The notes: a model not told the origin generated them from the letters alone. A stretch of DNA of 64,000 nucleotides from Acidobacteriota bacterium (GCA_016191085.1 JACPPJ010000012.1:281-64280); one strand, 5' to 3'. Numbered from the stretch's first letter, positions 27,890-37,907 are shown. A program made the numbers and translations.

Positions 27890-28334
27890 TGCTCACCGAG
27901 CCCCTTTCAAAAAACCTCGAAAGCCACGCTACAAGCGGCTTATATTAAACCTGAAGCAACCGAAAACCAATCGAATTATTCACGTGCGCCTAGGCGCGCG
28001 CTCCGTCCGGAATCTGTGCGGACTCGCACCCAGTCCGTTCCAGCATGCGGACCCCACGGCAATTACTACTTCTGCCGACGTTCTCACTGTTCAACTGTTA
28101 CTGAGCGGGAGATTCTAAACATTATCTGTAGGAAATGCAAAGTTTACTGCAGATCTGCTCCCCCGACAACATCAAGAGTTCCTACTTGACATATTAAACC
28201 ACCGCGTCCCAACACGTAAAGCCTAATGACAGTGGCAGCTACGGGACGACAAGACCGGAGGCGGCCACGGTATCCCCAGATAAATGTTCGACGAATTAGG
28301 ACGCTAGCACGTTTCGGTGTGTCTAAAAAGAGAA

Positions 28335-29294
28335 TTAGCGCTCGGCAGCAGTAGCGCGGTTTTCCACGGCCGTACCCTGGACCGCCACAATGCGGTTGCG
28401 CAGCACGCCGATGCCTTCAACCTCCGTTTCGACCAGATCGCCGTCATTTAGGTACTCCGGCGGCGTACGGCCGAGTCCGACTCCTTCCGGCGTTCCCGTC
28501 GAAATGATGTCTCCAGGCTCCAGGGTCATGCCACGCGAGAGAAATTCGATGATAACTGCAACCGTGAAGATCATCTGGCTGGTGTCCGCGCTTTGCTTCG
28601 TTTCGCCATTCACGCGCAGGCATATTTTTTTCGTCTGCGGGTCGCCGAATTCGTCCGCAGTCACCACATGCGGCCCTATTGGACAAAACCCGTCCAGACT
28701 CTTGCCCTTGAACCACTGATAGTGACCCAACTGCAAATCCCGCGCGGAGAAGTCATTAATGACCGTATAGCCAAAGACGTGATCGAGTGCCTCCTGCCTG
28801 GAGATATTCTTGCCGCCGATGCCGATAATGACGCCCAATTCCGCCTCGAAATCGACTTGCGAGGTGACAGCCTGATCCCAGGCGATTGCGTCATTGGGTC
28901 CGGCCACGGCCGTAGGCGCCTTCGTAAAAAACACAGGCGCCTCCGGGATCTTCACTTCACGCCCGCGGGCCTTCGCCGATTCCTCCATATGCGCCACATA
29001 GTTGAGTCCCAGACAGACCACATTCTTGCGCGGGCGCGGAATAGGAGCATGCAGCACCGCTTGCTCCGGGGAGACTCGCGCATGCACCGGCAACTCGCCC
29101 GACGCGCATTGCTCTATCAGCTCGCTCATCCTGCGCCACACCTGCGGGCCGCGTTCAATTAGCTCAAGCATGGTCGCGGGAAATTCTCGGGAATGACTGC
29201 CGAGCAGCGTGGGGAGGTCGAGTAACTGGTCATTTCGCACCACGCCGAGCCGCAGTACAGGGTCATTAATATACGAGAAAGTCGCTAAGCGCAT
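28335..29294 (-). CDS. Fumarylacetoacetate hydrolase (FAH) family protein
   Basis: NVVCLGLNYVAHMEE, FEAELGVIIG, INDFSARDLQ and GDIISTGTPEGVG are typical FAH-family blocks. Confidence 0.85.
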   Translation of the reverse strand: MRLATFSYINDPVLRLGVVRNDQLLDLPTLLGSHSREFPATMLELIERGPQVWRRMSELIEQCASGELPVHARVSPEQAVLHAPIPRPRKNVVCLGLNYVAHMEESAKARGREVKIPEAPVFFTKAPTAVAGPNDAIAWDQAVTSQVDFEAELGVIIGIGGKNISRQEALDHVFGYTVINDFSARDLQLGHYQWFKGKSLDGFCPIGPHVVTADEFGDPQTKKICLRVNGETKQSADTSQMIFTVAVIIEFLSRGMTLEPGDIISTGTPEGVGLGRTPPEYLNDGDLVETEVEGIGVLRNRIVAVQGTAVENRATAAER

Positions 29295-29364
29295 ATGCCC
29301 GGTCCTCTCAAAACGTGTTGTAACAGATTACACTAGAAGAAATGCGCAGAGCCGTGGCTGGCCC

Positions 29365-29393
29365 AAAAAAAAGCGCGCCCGGCAGAGGCGCGC
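29365..29393 (-). terminator. Intrinsic terminator on the minus strand with no adjacent upstream minus-strand gene
   Basis: The minus strand reads GCGCGCC-tctgccg-GGCGCGC-TTTTTTTT, a perfect 7-bp GC stem followed by a U8 tract. Confidence 0.6.
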
Positions 29394-29855
29394 ACATACT
29401 GACTAGATTTGACCAAAAACCAGGAGACCAATGCTCCATGCTACAATTGCAATTCTTGTGTGCAATTTTGTGGCCCTCAGTGGAATTCGCGTTCCGCTCA
29501 CGTATTTTGTTAGACTTACCAGAGGAGATCGATCACGCTCAGTCACGCAATCTGATTTATTGAACAGCTAAGATATGGTTTTCCGTAGTGCATCGAAAGC
29601 AAAGAAGTTGTCCGGCATCAAGACCCCCGACTGGTATCACCAGCTCAACTGTTGTCGTAGCTACCTACTATTCTGGCCAGCGGCGGTCCGCCAGTGCCTC
29701 ATCCTCGGGGAGCGGAATGCACTGTGGGTGGAAAGCGTCCGCCCCGCTCGACCTGCTGGGGATTGAAGTGCCGGAGGCGATGTAAACCCGGCGCATGGAC
29801 TTTCGATAGCGACCACCCGGGATTCAATTTTCAACGAAGACGTAAAGAGGACATA

Positions 29856-30899
29856 TTGGCTGGCAGTCGACAGCATGTTCTTCCTCAGTTTCTATTACGA
29901 GGTTTTGCTAGCAGAACCTCAGCAAAGGAGGCGTATAGCTGGGTACAGCGAAAGCGAGTGGTTGCGTTTGAGACGAATATCACCAACATAGGTGTCACTA
30001 AGCATTTCTACGATCAGAACGGCGGTGAAACAAGTGTTGACCAGGAAATAACCGCGCTTGAAAATCGATTCGCGCCTCTTTTGTGGCAACTGCGCGAGGA
30101 ACAGCTGAGCCGGGGAATTCCAGGTTCGCCGATATCAGAATTCGTGGTCCACCTGACCCTCCGGACTAAACATCTGCGCGATTCGCTTTCGGAAGCGGTC
30201 GCCTATGGCATTCGCAGTCTAACTGACTTCATGAGTAGGCCGGAGAACCTCAGATCGATCCTCCGTCGCTCAATTTTGAGGAACTCACGAGTATTTCGGG
30301 AATCCGTAGTGGGTCAATTGAAACAGCAGGGATTAACCAGGGCGCAAATAAACACTGCGTTTCCCTATATGAGGGATCTGATCCTCTCTCAGTTAGACAC
30401 CAGCATCGATGATGGCACGACTGCGGCAATGGCACATTTCAGAAACATTGCCTTGGAGGCTTTATCTCAATCGGCGAAGTCTGGGCACATCCGCGCTCTT
30501 ATGAAGGGACTCATTCCCGAATCCAGGTTGGCACTTTTCGACGGATTTCAATGGCGGCTTATAGTGTTTGACGAGCCAAGCCTCGTTGTGGGAGATGCGG
30601 GACCCATCACGAATACAGAGATGAGGTTCAAGACTGTGCCGGACGAAGACGATCACATACTTGGTGTATGTCTTCCGATCGGAGCACGGCATTTGATTGT
30701 CGGCTGTTCGAGTACACCTTTGGACAATGCCGATCCTGGGACCCTCAACTTAGTCCAGGCTACCCGCGCCCGCGAGTTTGTAGTTGGGCCGACCAAAGAA
30801 GTGGTTGAAAAATACGCCACGGAAATTGGAAAGGAAGGGTTCTTTCTCAGCCAAGAGCAATTAGAACGTCTTCTTGAGGAAGTGCTGCGCGGGCTCTAG
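29856..30899 (+). CDS. DUF4238-domain protein
   Basis: TTG start with AAGAGG 6 nt upstream. The N-terminal HVLPQFLLRGF motif and later blocks (WRLIVFDEPSLVVGDAGPI, GVCLPIGARHLIVG) fit DUF4238. The local GC is clearly lower than in the flanks. Confidence 0.7.
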   Translation: MAGSRQHVLPQFLLRGFASRTSAKEAYSWVQRKRVVAFETNITNIGVTKHFYDQNGGETSVDQEITALENRFAPLLWQLREEQLSRGIPGSPISEFVVHLTLRTKHLRDSLSEAVAYGIRSLTDFMSRPENLRSILRRSILRNSRVFRESVVGQLKQQGLTRAQINTAFPYMRDLILSQLDTSIDDGTTAAMAHFRNIALEALSQSAKSGHIRALMKGLIPESRLALFDGFQWRLIVFDEPSLVVGDAGPITNTEMRFKTVPDEDDHILGVCLPIGARHLIVGCSSTPLDNADPGTLNLVQATRAREFVVGPTKEVVEKYATEIGKEGFFLSQEQLERLLEEVLRGL

Positions 30900-30966
30900 G
30901 CGACATAGGTCTGCAAGTGGTCGTTCCAAGGAAACAAAGCGCATGCGAGTAATTGCCACGTCATGC

Positions 30967-32301
30967 TCAGAATTTCGTCACTTCCGTGAAGTTGAAGCTG
31001 GAGAGCTTCAAGGCGGGGACGATCATGGGGGCGGATTCTTCGCCGGAGGCGCGCTCGGGTTCTCCCATCGACTCCACGCAGTTCAGCATGTCGATCAGGC
31101 TCTCGTTGAAGCGGAAGTTTCTGATGCCGTGTTTGACCTTGCCGTTCTCCACGTAGAACGTGCCGTCGCGCGTCATGCCGGTGAGAATTTTGCGGTAAGG
31201 GTCCACTTCGCGGATGTACCAGACGCGCGTGACCAACACGCCGCGATCAGTGGAGGAGATCATGTCGTTTACGGATGTCTTACCGCCTTCGAACACAATG
31301 TTCATCGGGGCCTCGCCCCACTCGTTGGGCAGCGGGAATCCATGGCCGGTAGGCTCGGTGCCCATGGCCTTAGCCGTTTTTCGGGCATACGTCAGTGACT
31401 TGACCACCCCATGTTCCACCAGAGTCACTTGTTTGCGCCTCACACCTTCACCGTCGAATGGAGGACCGGATTGCAGGGGGTGATACACATCATCGCGAAT
31501 GTCGATGTTCGAGCCGAAGAGCTTTTCGCCAACGCGATCCGTTAAGAAGCTGCGTTTGTCGCGGACGGCCTGCCCCGAGAAATCGAAGAACATGAAGCCG
31601 ACGAGATCCAGCACGGCGGCGGGCTCAAGAATGGTGACGTATTTCCCCGGCTCCAGGTCCTTGGGGTCTTGGCTGCGCGCCGCAATCTCAGCGGCTCGCG
31701 CGGCCAGCCTCTCGGGGCTGATATCACGCACATCGGCCGAATCTTTCTTCGCCCAGCCGGAGCTGTTCGGCGCCATGGTCGTGATGGAGAACTCCGCGTG
31801 CGTCTCATGGTAGAAGGCACAAAGGCCGCGCGAATTCAACAGCGCCTGCCCGCCGCGCGTGGTCGAAAAAGTTCCGGCGGCGGTTTGGCCATTTTTCTCT
31901 GCAATCTTGATCGCACTCACCACGCCACGGGCGCGGTCCTCCGGTGTCACAGCCGCTGTCGTTTCGGAGTAGCGATTAACGGCCCGGTAGCTCTCCCGGT
32001 CGGGCATAGGCAACAAATCTGGATCGCGCGGCTGCTGGCGCGCGAGGCTCGACGATTCGGCAACCACGCGCTTCAGGCTCTCGGCGTCAAATTTGTTTGT
32101 AGTCGCGCGCGCGGTTTTGCCGTCGAAGACCGTGCGTACGGAGAGCCTGTAACCCTCTTCGGCAACGTTCTGGTGAATGGTGTTGTTCGCGAAACGTGTC
32201 AGCTCGGAGGCGCCGCCCGCGATCAGGACTTCGGTTTCATCCGCTTCGCTGTGCTTGAGTATTTGCGAGAAGAGCTCCTGGCAGCGCTCTTTAGGAAGCA
32301 T
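30967..32301 (-). CDS. pmbA: PmbA/TldE-family metalloprotease subunit
   Basis: 444 aa of the TldD/PmbA family. It lies directly downstream of, and overlaps, the TldD-like gene. Confidence 0.85.
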   Translation of the reverse strand: MLPKERCQELFSQILKHSEADETEVLIAGGASELTRFANNTIHQNVAEEGYRLSVRTVFDGKTARATTNKFDAESLKRVVAESSSLARQQPRDPDLLPMPDRESYRAVNRYSETTAAVTPEDRARGVVSAIKIAEKNGQTAAGTFSTTRGGQALLNSRGLCAFYHETHAEFSITTMAPNSSGWAKKDSADVRDISPERLAARAAEIAARSQDPKDLEPGKYVTILEPAAVLDLVGFMFFDFSGQAVRDKRSFLTDRVGEKLFGSNIDIRDDVYHPLQSGPPFDGEGVRRKQVTLVEHGVVKSLTYARKTAKAMGTEPTGHGFPLPNEWGEAPMNIVFEGGKTSVNDMISSTDRGVLVTRVWYIREVDPYRKILTGMTRDGTFYVENGKVKHGIRNFRFNESLIDMLNCVESMGEPERASGEESAPMIVPALKLSSFNFTEVTKF

Positions 32302-33748
32302 ACGCGATTCCTACGGTGACGTTGCGAAAGCGGGACGGCGAGGCGCCATGGCCCGTGCCCATGGTCTGCGATGGCTGACCTTTGCCGCAATTGGGCGTAC
32401 CCCACAGCGTCCAGGCCTCAGGACCGCAGATCGCATCGCACGAATTCCAGAACTCAGTCGTGATGCCGCTGTAGCTGGGGTTCTTCAGCATACGGACTTT
32501 CTTACCGTTCTTGATCTCCCATCCCAGCTCGCAGCCAAACTGGAAGTGGTAGCGGCGATCGTCAATGGACCAGCTCCGGTTCGTCTCCATGTAGATGCCA
32601 TCGTCCGTTGAGGCGATCAACTCATCGAGTGTCCCCTTGCCCGGTAGCAGGCTCACGTTGGTCATGCGGATCAGTGGAATGCGGTTCCAACCGTCGGCGC
32701 GCATGGCGCCGTTGGAGCGGTTCTCGCCGATTGCCGCCGCCGTTTCGCGCGATGTGAGGTAGCCGGTAAATTGGCCGTTCCTGATGATATCAGTGCACTG
32801 TGCAGCGACTCCTTCGTCATCGAACGCAAACGTGCCCAGGCCCGGGCCGTGCTCCAGCCGTGCGTCCGCAACGACGTTGACAATATCGGAGCCGTACCGT
32901 AAATTCCGCAGCTTCTCTAAAGTTAGAAAGCTCATGCCCGCGTAGTTGGCCTCCATGCCGAGCACGCGATCGAGCTCAATGGGATGACCGATGGACTCGT
33001 GAATCTGCAGACCGACCTGCGAACCATCCAGGATCACAGTGCGCTTGCCCTGCGGGCAGAGGTCGGCGCGCTGCAGCGCCACCGCCTCTTCGGCGATGCG
33101 GCGCGCATTTTCGACAAGCCTTATTTCATTGATGAGTTCATAGCCCTTGAGCTGGTATTGCCCGCCGAACGAGTTGGGATAGGAGCGCTTCTGGATTTCG
33201 TCTCCCGCGAAACAATGGGCGGCAATGCCGCCGCCGGTCACCACGCGCGTCTGCTCTATGACCGATCCCTCTGTGCTGAGGAATATCTCGTGAGAGCGCC
33301 GGAAGTGAACAGCGCCTTCCGCCAGCGTGATGCCCTCTACCGAGCGCATCTCTTTGTCTGCACGCAGCAGCAGGTCAAGGTTGTCTTCGACGGAAGTAGA
33401 AAAAGGATCGATCTGGAACGGCGAGCTCCAGTTGGCCTCCGTTTTCGGCTCCGGGACGAGGACGATATCGCTCTTCTTCGCGAGAGCGCTGGCGCGAGCG
33501 ATCTGCATCGCGCGTCGAGCGGTCTGTTCCAGCGACTGCGGCGAGAGGTTGTCGGTCGACGCAAAACCCCAGCAGCCTTGGATGAGCACGCGGATACCGA
33601 GACCTTGCGTCTCGTCCGACGAGACCGAGCCCATCAAACCGTTCTTGGTCGAGACATTCCGCTCACGCGAGTCCAACAGGCGCACGTCGCCGTACTGAAC
33701 CTCGCGCCGGTCCAGATAACTGAGGGCTTTTTCAGCGTAATCCCGCAT
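32291..33748 (-). CDS. tldD: TldD-family metalloprotease
   Basis: 485 aa containing HESIGHPIELDR (the HExxxH metal site typical of TldD) and conserved C-terminal blocks. Confidence 0.9.
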   Translation of the reverse strand: MRDYAEKALSYLDRREVQYGDVRLLDSRERNVSTKNGLMGSVSSDETQGLGIRVLIQGCWGFASTDNLSPQSLEQTARRAMQIARASALAKKSDIVLVPEPKTEANWSSPFQIDPFSTSVEDNLDLLLRADKEMRSVEGITLAEGAVHFRRSHEIFLSTEGSVIEQTRVVTGGGIAAHCFAGDEIQKRSYPNSFGGQYQLKGYELINEIRLVENARRIAEEAVALQRADLCPQGKRTVILDGSQVGLQIHESIGHPIELDRVLGMEANYAGMSFLTLEKLRNLRYGSDIVNVVADARLEHGPGLGTFAFDDEGVAAQCTDIIRNGQFTGYLTSRETAAAIGENRSNGAMRADGWNRIPLIRMTNVSLLPGKGTLDELIASTDDGIYMETNRSWSIDDRRYHFQFGCELGWEIKNGKKVRMLKNPSYSGITTEFWNSCDAICGPEAWTLWGTPNCGKGQPSQTMGTGHGASPSRFRNVTVGIAYAS

Positions 33749-33894
33749 GAGTGTGGAGCCTTAACGGGCCCGATGTAGGCTGCGGAAACTGAAATCCTGC
33801 TCGAAAATCGGGCATTGTTAGTATGAACACAGGAGCGAAACGAAGGCAAGCAGATTTTCCATGCCCTCTTGTCTTTCACGTTGCGCAAATTCTG

Positions 33895-33929
33895 TTGAAG
33901 CACTCTTTGCTTCTGACTACAATGTAGTC
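33895..33929 (+). promoter_or_regulatory. Sigma70-like promoter with an overlapping palindromic operator for the first TA pair
   Basis: TTGAAG (33895..33900), a 17-nt spacer, then TACAAT (33918..33923). A perfect inverted repeat GACTACA-A-TGTAGTC (33915..33929) spans the -10 element, and AGGAGG lies 7 nt before the ATG at 33947. Confidence 0.45.
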
Positions 33930-33946
33930 ATACAGGAGGCATACCA

Positions 33947-34207
33947 ATGAGAAAGGTAATGACCGCCCCGGCTCCGGTATCGGTGAGGTTCGGAAAGGAA
34001 GAGAGCACCATGCTGCGAGTGCTTCGGGCGCGCGCCAAGGCCAGTCATCGTACTCTTTCTGAGCAGGTGAAATATTATACTCATCTTGGGATGGTGGCGG
34101 CGGACAACCCGGACCTGCCTCTCTCGCTCATTGAAGGAATACTGGAAGGGCGCGAGGAGTTCAAGGCCGGTCTCGGCAAGCCGTATCAATGGGGCGTGAT
34201 CGAGTGA
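33947..34207 (+). CDS. ParD-like type II antitoxin
   Basis: 86 aa. The motifs VSVRFGKEESTMLRVLRARAKASHRTLSEQVKYYTHLG fit a ParD-like pattern. It lies 3 nt upstream of a RelE/ParE-type toxin gene. Confidence 0.6.
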   Translation: MRKVMTAPAPVSVRFGKEESTMLRVLRARAKASHRTLSEQVKYYTHLGMVAADNPDLPLSLIEGILEGREEFKAGLGKPYQWGVIE

Positions 34208-34210
34208 GCA

Positions 34211-34537
34211 ATGGAAGATGCGAATCGAGAGGAGCCGAAGGCGTCGCGGCGGACCGTGCAGCAGTCTACGAGATTCGGCAAAGCGAAGCGCCGGCTCCCT
34301 CCAAACGGGCAGTTAGCGCTGGACGAGCAGGTGAAGAAAATCCTCGCAAATCCACTCCTGGGCGAGATGAAGGTTGGAGCGCTAAAAGGTGTTCGCGTCC
34401 TGAAATTCAAGCTTGGTCCCCTTCAGCTTCTATTGGCCTACCAATTCAACCAGCGGCGCAACGTGATCGAACTTCTCGACGTCGGCCCTCACGAGAATTT
34501 CTACCGGGACTTGGACAGCTACTTGAGGCGGCGGTAA
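34211..34537 (+). CDS. RelE/ParE-family type II toxin
   Basis: FGKAKRRLPPNGQLALDEQVKKILANPLLGEMKVGALKGVRVLKFKLGPLQLLLAYQF...IELLDVGPHENFY is a typical RelE/ParE layout. Confidence 0.7.
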   Translation: MEDANREEPKASRRTVQQSTRFGKAKRRLPPNGQLALDEQVKKILANPLLGEMKVGALKGVRVLKFKLGPLQLLLAYQFNQRRNVIELLDVGPHENFYRDLDSYLRRR

Positions 34538-34605
34538 TTTCACATGATAACAGGCGTAATCGCATCGCGTGTTATGATCTGCTATGCTTTGTTTCGGGAG
34601 AGAAA

Positions 34606-34839
34606 ATGCAGAAATCCATGCCTTTCGGGGAAATACTAGAGGCAGCGGACAATCTGCCAATCGAGGATCAGGCGACATTAGTAACCATCCTTAAAAACCG
34701 CCTCCGCGAACGTGTTCGAGCAGAATTGGTCAAGGACATTCAAGACGCCGATAAGGAGTTTGAACAAGGAAAGGTCCAGCCGGTTACTCCTGACGAGCTA
34801 ATCCGCGAGATACTTTTATGCGCGCAGCCAAGAAGGTAA
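34606..34839 (+). CDS. Putative type II antitoxin (helical, unclassified)
   Basis: 77 aa: MQKSMPFGEILEAADNLPIEDQATLVTILKNRLRE... It overlaps the downstream RelE/YafQ-like toxin gene by 22 nt. Confidence 0.5.
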   Translation: MQKSMPFGEILEAADNLPIEDQATLVTILKNRLRERVRAELVKDIQDADKEFEQGKVQPVTPDELIREILLCAQPRR

Positions 34840-35066
34840 TCAGGCACCATCCCGAACGTGCTACAGATATTCGGTCTGCCCTGGAATTGCTGACGACCGA
34901 CGCGTTCCACCCTCAATTGAAAACTCATAAACTGAAAGGTGATTTGCAGGGATACTGGGCTTGCAGTGCCGCTTTTGACCTCCGAATTGTCTTTCGCCTC
35001 GTTCAATATGAAGGAACGGAGGCTGTCTATTTAGAGGCCATCGGAAGCCATGACGAAGTTTACTGA
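34818..35066 (+). CDS. RelE/StbE/YafQ-type mRNA interferase toxin
   Basis: HPQLKTHKLKGDLQGYWACSAAFDLRIVFRLVQYEGTEAVYLEAIGSHDEVY is the canonical C-terminal pattern of this family. Confidence 0.7.
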   Translation: MRAAKKVIRHHPERATDIRSALELLTTDAFHPQLKTHKLKGDLQGYWACSAAFDLRIVFRLVQYEGTEAVYLEAIGSHDEVY

Positions 35067-35097
35067 TCCCACGCGAGTCGGCGGCTGAATGCGCGGC

Positions 35098-36372
35098 CTA
35101 CGTTCCTTCCGACCAGGATGCCAGGTACTTCTCCTGTTCCGGTGTGAGACGGTCGATGTTGACGCCTTTTGATTCCAGCTTGATTCGCGCCACAGTCTTG
35201 TCAATCTCTTCGGGAACCGGATAGACCTTCTTCTCAAGATTCCTGGCGTTTTTGGCCATGTACTCGAGGCAGAGCGCCTGGTTCGCGAAGCTCATGTCCA
35301 TCACCTCGGCGGGATGACCCTCGGCGCTCGAGAGATTCACGAGCCGGCCGTCGGCCAGCAAGAACACCTTGCGACCACCGTTCAGCGTAAATTCCTCGAC
35401 AAAGTCGCGCACGATGCGGCGTTTGGTGGAGAGTTTCTCCAGCGCAGGAATATCAATCTCCACATTGAAGTGGCCGGAGTTGGCCACGATCGCTCCGTCT
35501 TTCATCGCTTCGAAGTGCTCGCGGATGAGGATGCTCTTGTTGCCCGTTGCGGTGATGAATAGCTCGCCCACTTTGGCTGCTTCAATCATGGGCATGACTC
35601 TGTAGCCGTCCATCACGGCTTCCAGCGCGCGCGTGGGGTTTACCTCACACACAATGACGTTCGCGCCCATGCCATGCGCCCGCATCGCGATGCCGCGGCC
35701 GCACCAGCCGTAGCCTGCGACCACGACATTCATTCCGGCGAGCAGTACGTTCGTCGCGCGCAGTACGCCATCCAGCGTTGACTGGCCCGTGCCGTAGCGA
35801 TTATCAAACATGTGCTTGGTATCGGCGTCGTTGACCGCAATGATTGGATAACCCAATACGCCCTCGGCCGCCATGCTGCGCAGACGGATGACGCCGGTGG
35901 TGGTTTCCTCGGTGCCGCCGATGATCTCTTTCGCCAGCTCCTTGCGATCGGTGTGGGCAAGAGTCACCAGGTCCGCGCCGTCGTCCATCGTGAAATGCGG
36001 CCGATGCTGCAAAGCGGAATCCAGGTGCGAGTAGTAAACGTCATGGTTTTCGCCTTTGATAGCGAAGACCGGAATACCCGAATCGGCCACCAGCGATGCC
36101 GCAGCTTCATTCTGCGTACTGAGGGGGTTTGAAGCGCAGAGAACCACCTGGGCACCGCCTTCCTGCAGCGCTAGCATCAGATTGGCGGTCTCGGTTGTGA
36201 CGTGGAGGCAAGCCGACACACGGATGCCTTTCAAGGGCTTTTCTCTCGCGAATCGCTTTCGGATGCTGGCAAGGGTCGGCATGAACTGGCCGGCCCACTC
36301 GATGCGCAGTTTGCCGACTCCTGCAAGATTCAGATCCTTTACGTCACAAGCTAACTTTGAAACTGTCGACAT
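35098..36372 (-). CDS. ahcY: Adenosylhomocysteinase
   Basis: Starts [18 protein letters not shown]. It has the NAD-binding motif [13 protein letters not shown] and conserved AhcY blocks throughout. Confidence 0.92.
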   Translation of the reverse strand: MSTVSKLACDVKDLNLAGVGKLRIEWAGQFMPTLASIRKRFAREKPLKGIRVSACLHVTTETANLMLALQEGGAQVVLCASNPLSTQNEAAASLVADSGIPVFAIKGENHDVYYSHLDSALQHRPHFTMDDGADLVTLAHTDRKELAKEIIGGTEETTTGVIRLRSMAAEGVLGYPIIAVNDADTKHMFDNRYGTGQSTLDGVLRATNVLLAGMNVVVAGYGWCGRGIAMRAHGMGANVIVCEVNPTRALEAVMDGYRVMPMIEAAKVGELFITATGNKSILIREHFEAMKDGAIVANSGHFNVEIDIPALEKLSTKRRIVRDFVEEFTLNGGRKVFLLADGRLVNLSSAEGHPAEVMDMSFANQALCLEYMAKNARNLEKKVYPVPEEIDKTVARIKLESKGVNIDRLTPEQEKYLASWSEGT

Positions 36373-36560
36373 GGATGAATTCCTCTTTCGATTAAGTTGA
36401 CAAAACGGGACCGCTCCCAATTTCGTGGCGGCTCGGTTCGGTGGAAAGATGCGCGTCCATTAAGCATTGCCGCGCTGTTGTAAAGATTGCGGCACCCCGC
36501 ATCGGGGCAAGCCGCATTGCAGGAATTGCAATCACATCGCTGAAGCGATGCGTACGCCGC

Positions 36561-37745
36561 CTACTTCGCCACCTTTACGGCAAATTCCGACGCCTGGACG
36601 GCGGCTTGCCGAAGTTCATCGGCGCGATGAGTACGCTCCCACGTGAAGCCCGGTTCGTTGCGGCCGAAGTGGCCAAATGCGGCAGTCTGTTTATAGACTG
36701 GCCGCCGTAACTCAAGATATTCGATGATCCCTAGAGGTGTCAGAGGGAAGGTGTCACGAACCAGCCGGACTAGCTTCTCCTCCTCCATAACACCGGTTCC
36801 ATAGGTGTCCACCATCACGGATACCGGCTCGGCAACGCCGATCGCGTAGGCAAGCTGAATCTCGCAACGCTCCGCCAAGCCCGCTGCAACCAGGTTCTTA
36901 GCGATGTGGCGCGCCATATAGCACGCGGAGCGATCCACCTTGGAGGGGTCCTTGCCGGAGAATGCTCCGCCACCGTGACGCCCGACACCACCATAAGTAT
37001 CCACGATGATCTTCCGCCCGGTGAGACCGGTATCGCCCTGAGGCCCGCCGGTAACAAAGCGGCCGGTCGGATTGATGTGGATTTTGGTGTTGCGGTCCAT
37101 CATCGAAGCTGGAATGACGGGCCGGATCACTTCTTCAATGATCCCGTCTCTCAACACGTTGTTGTCAACCGAGTCGCTGTGCTGGCTGGAGATGACGACA
37201 GTATCTACGCGCACGGGCCTGCCGTTTTCGTACTGGATGGTGACTTGCGATTTGCCGTCCGGCCGCAGGAAGTCGAGCTTGCCGCTACGCCGTACGGTGG
37301 ATAGTTGCCGCACGAGTTTGTGCGCCAGAAGGATGGGCATGGGCATCAACTCATCGGTCTCGTTGCAGGCAAAACCGAACATCATGCCCTGGTCGCCCGC
37401 CCCGCCGGTATCCACGCCCTGGGCGATGTCGGGCGACTGCTTGTGAACGGCTGTCAGAATCGCGCAGGTGTAATAATCAAAGCCGAATTTGGCGCGCGTG
37501 TAGCCGATCTCTTCGATGGTCTTCCGGGCGATGGCCTCATAATCCACGGTGACTTTGGAGGTGATTTCTCCGGCGATAAAAGCTAGGCCGGTGGTGAGCA
37601 GGCACTCACAGGCTACGCGGGAAAGCGGGTCGCCTTGCAGAAAAGCATCCAACACGGCGTCCGAAATTTGGTCCGCGATCTTGTCGGGATGCCCTTCGGT
37701 GACTGACTCCGAAGTATATAGGTAGCTTTTAGCACGCTGACTCAC
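36561..37745 (-). CDS. metK: S-adenosylmethionine synthetase
   Basis: [31 protein letters not shown] and [16 protein letters not shown] are canonical MetK motifs. The GTG start is preceded by GAGGAGGA. Confidence 0.95.
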   Translation of the reverse strand: MSQRAKSYLYTSESVTEGHPDKIADQISDAVLDAFLQGDPLSRVACECLLTTGLAFIAGEITSKVTVDYEAIARKTIEEIGYTRAKFGFDYYTCAILTAVHKQSPDIAQGVDTGGAGDQGMMFGFACNETDELMPMPILLAHKLVRQLSTVRRSGKLDFLRPDGKSQVTIQYENGRPVRVDTVVISSQHSDSVDNNVLRDGIIEEVIRPVIPASMMDRNTKIHINPTGRFVTGGPQGDTGLTGRKIIVDTYGGVGRHGGGAFSGKDPSKVDRSACYMARHIAKNLVAAGLAERCEIQLAYAIGVAEPVSVMVDTYGTGVMEEEKLVRLVRDTFPLTPLGIIEYLELRRPVYKQTAAFGHFGRNEPGFTWERTHRADELRQAAVQASEFAVKVAK

Positions 37746-37830
37746 TTGGTATCCTCCTCAAACATAGCTCGGACTTGACAGAGTCCGTACGGTGGACTGC
37801 TGTGACAGCTTTCCTGCCGCGCTGTCCTGG

Positions 37831-37855
37831 AAAAAACGGCTCCGCCGGGCGGAAC
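37831..37855 (-). terminator. Terminator-like hairpin inside the metK 5' leader (possible attenuator)
   Basis: The transcript reads UCCGC-CCG-GCGGA-GCC-GUUUUUU, ending about 85 nt upstream of the metK start. An upstream GGCG could pair alternatively with the CGCC of the stem. Confidence 0.35.
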
Positions 37856-37907
37856 TAGTTTAGCACGCCGCTCATCCGTGGGTAAGTCACGGATCAAGAA
37901 ACCCTTG

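Noticed and set aside
36373-36560. SAH riboswitch upstream of ahcY.
   Set aside because: No match by eye to the conserved SAH pseudoknot core. The nested hairpin (GCGGC..CCCCG-AUG-CGGGG..GCCGC) is more simply the metK terminator.
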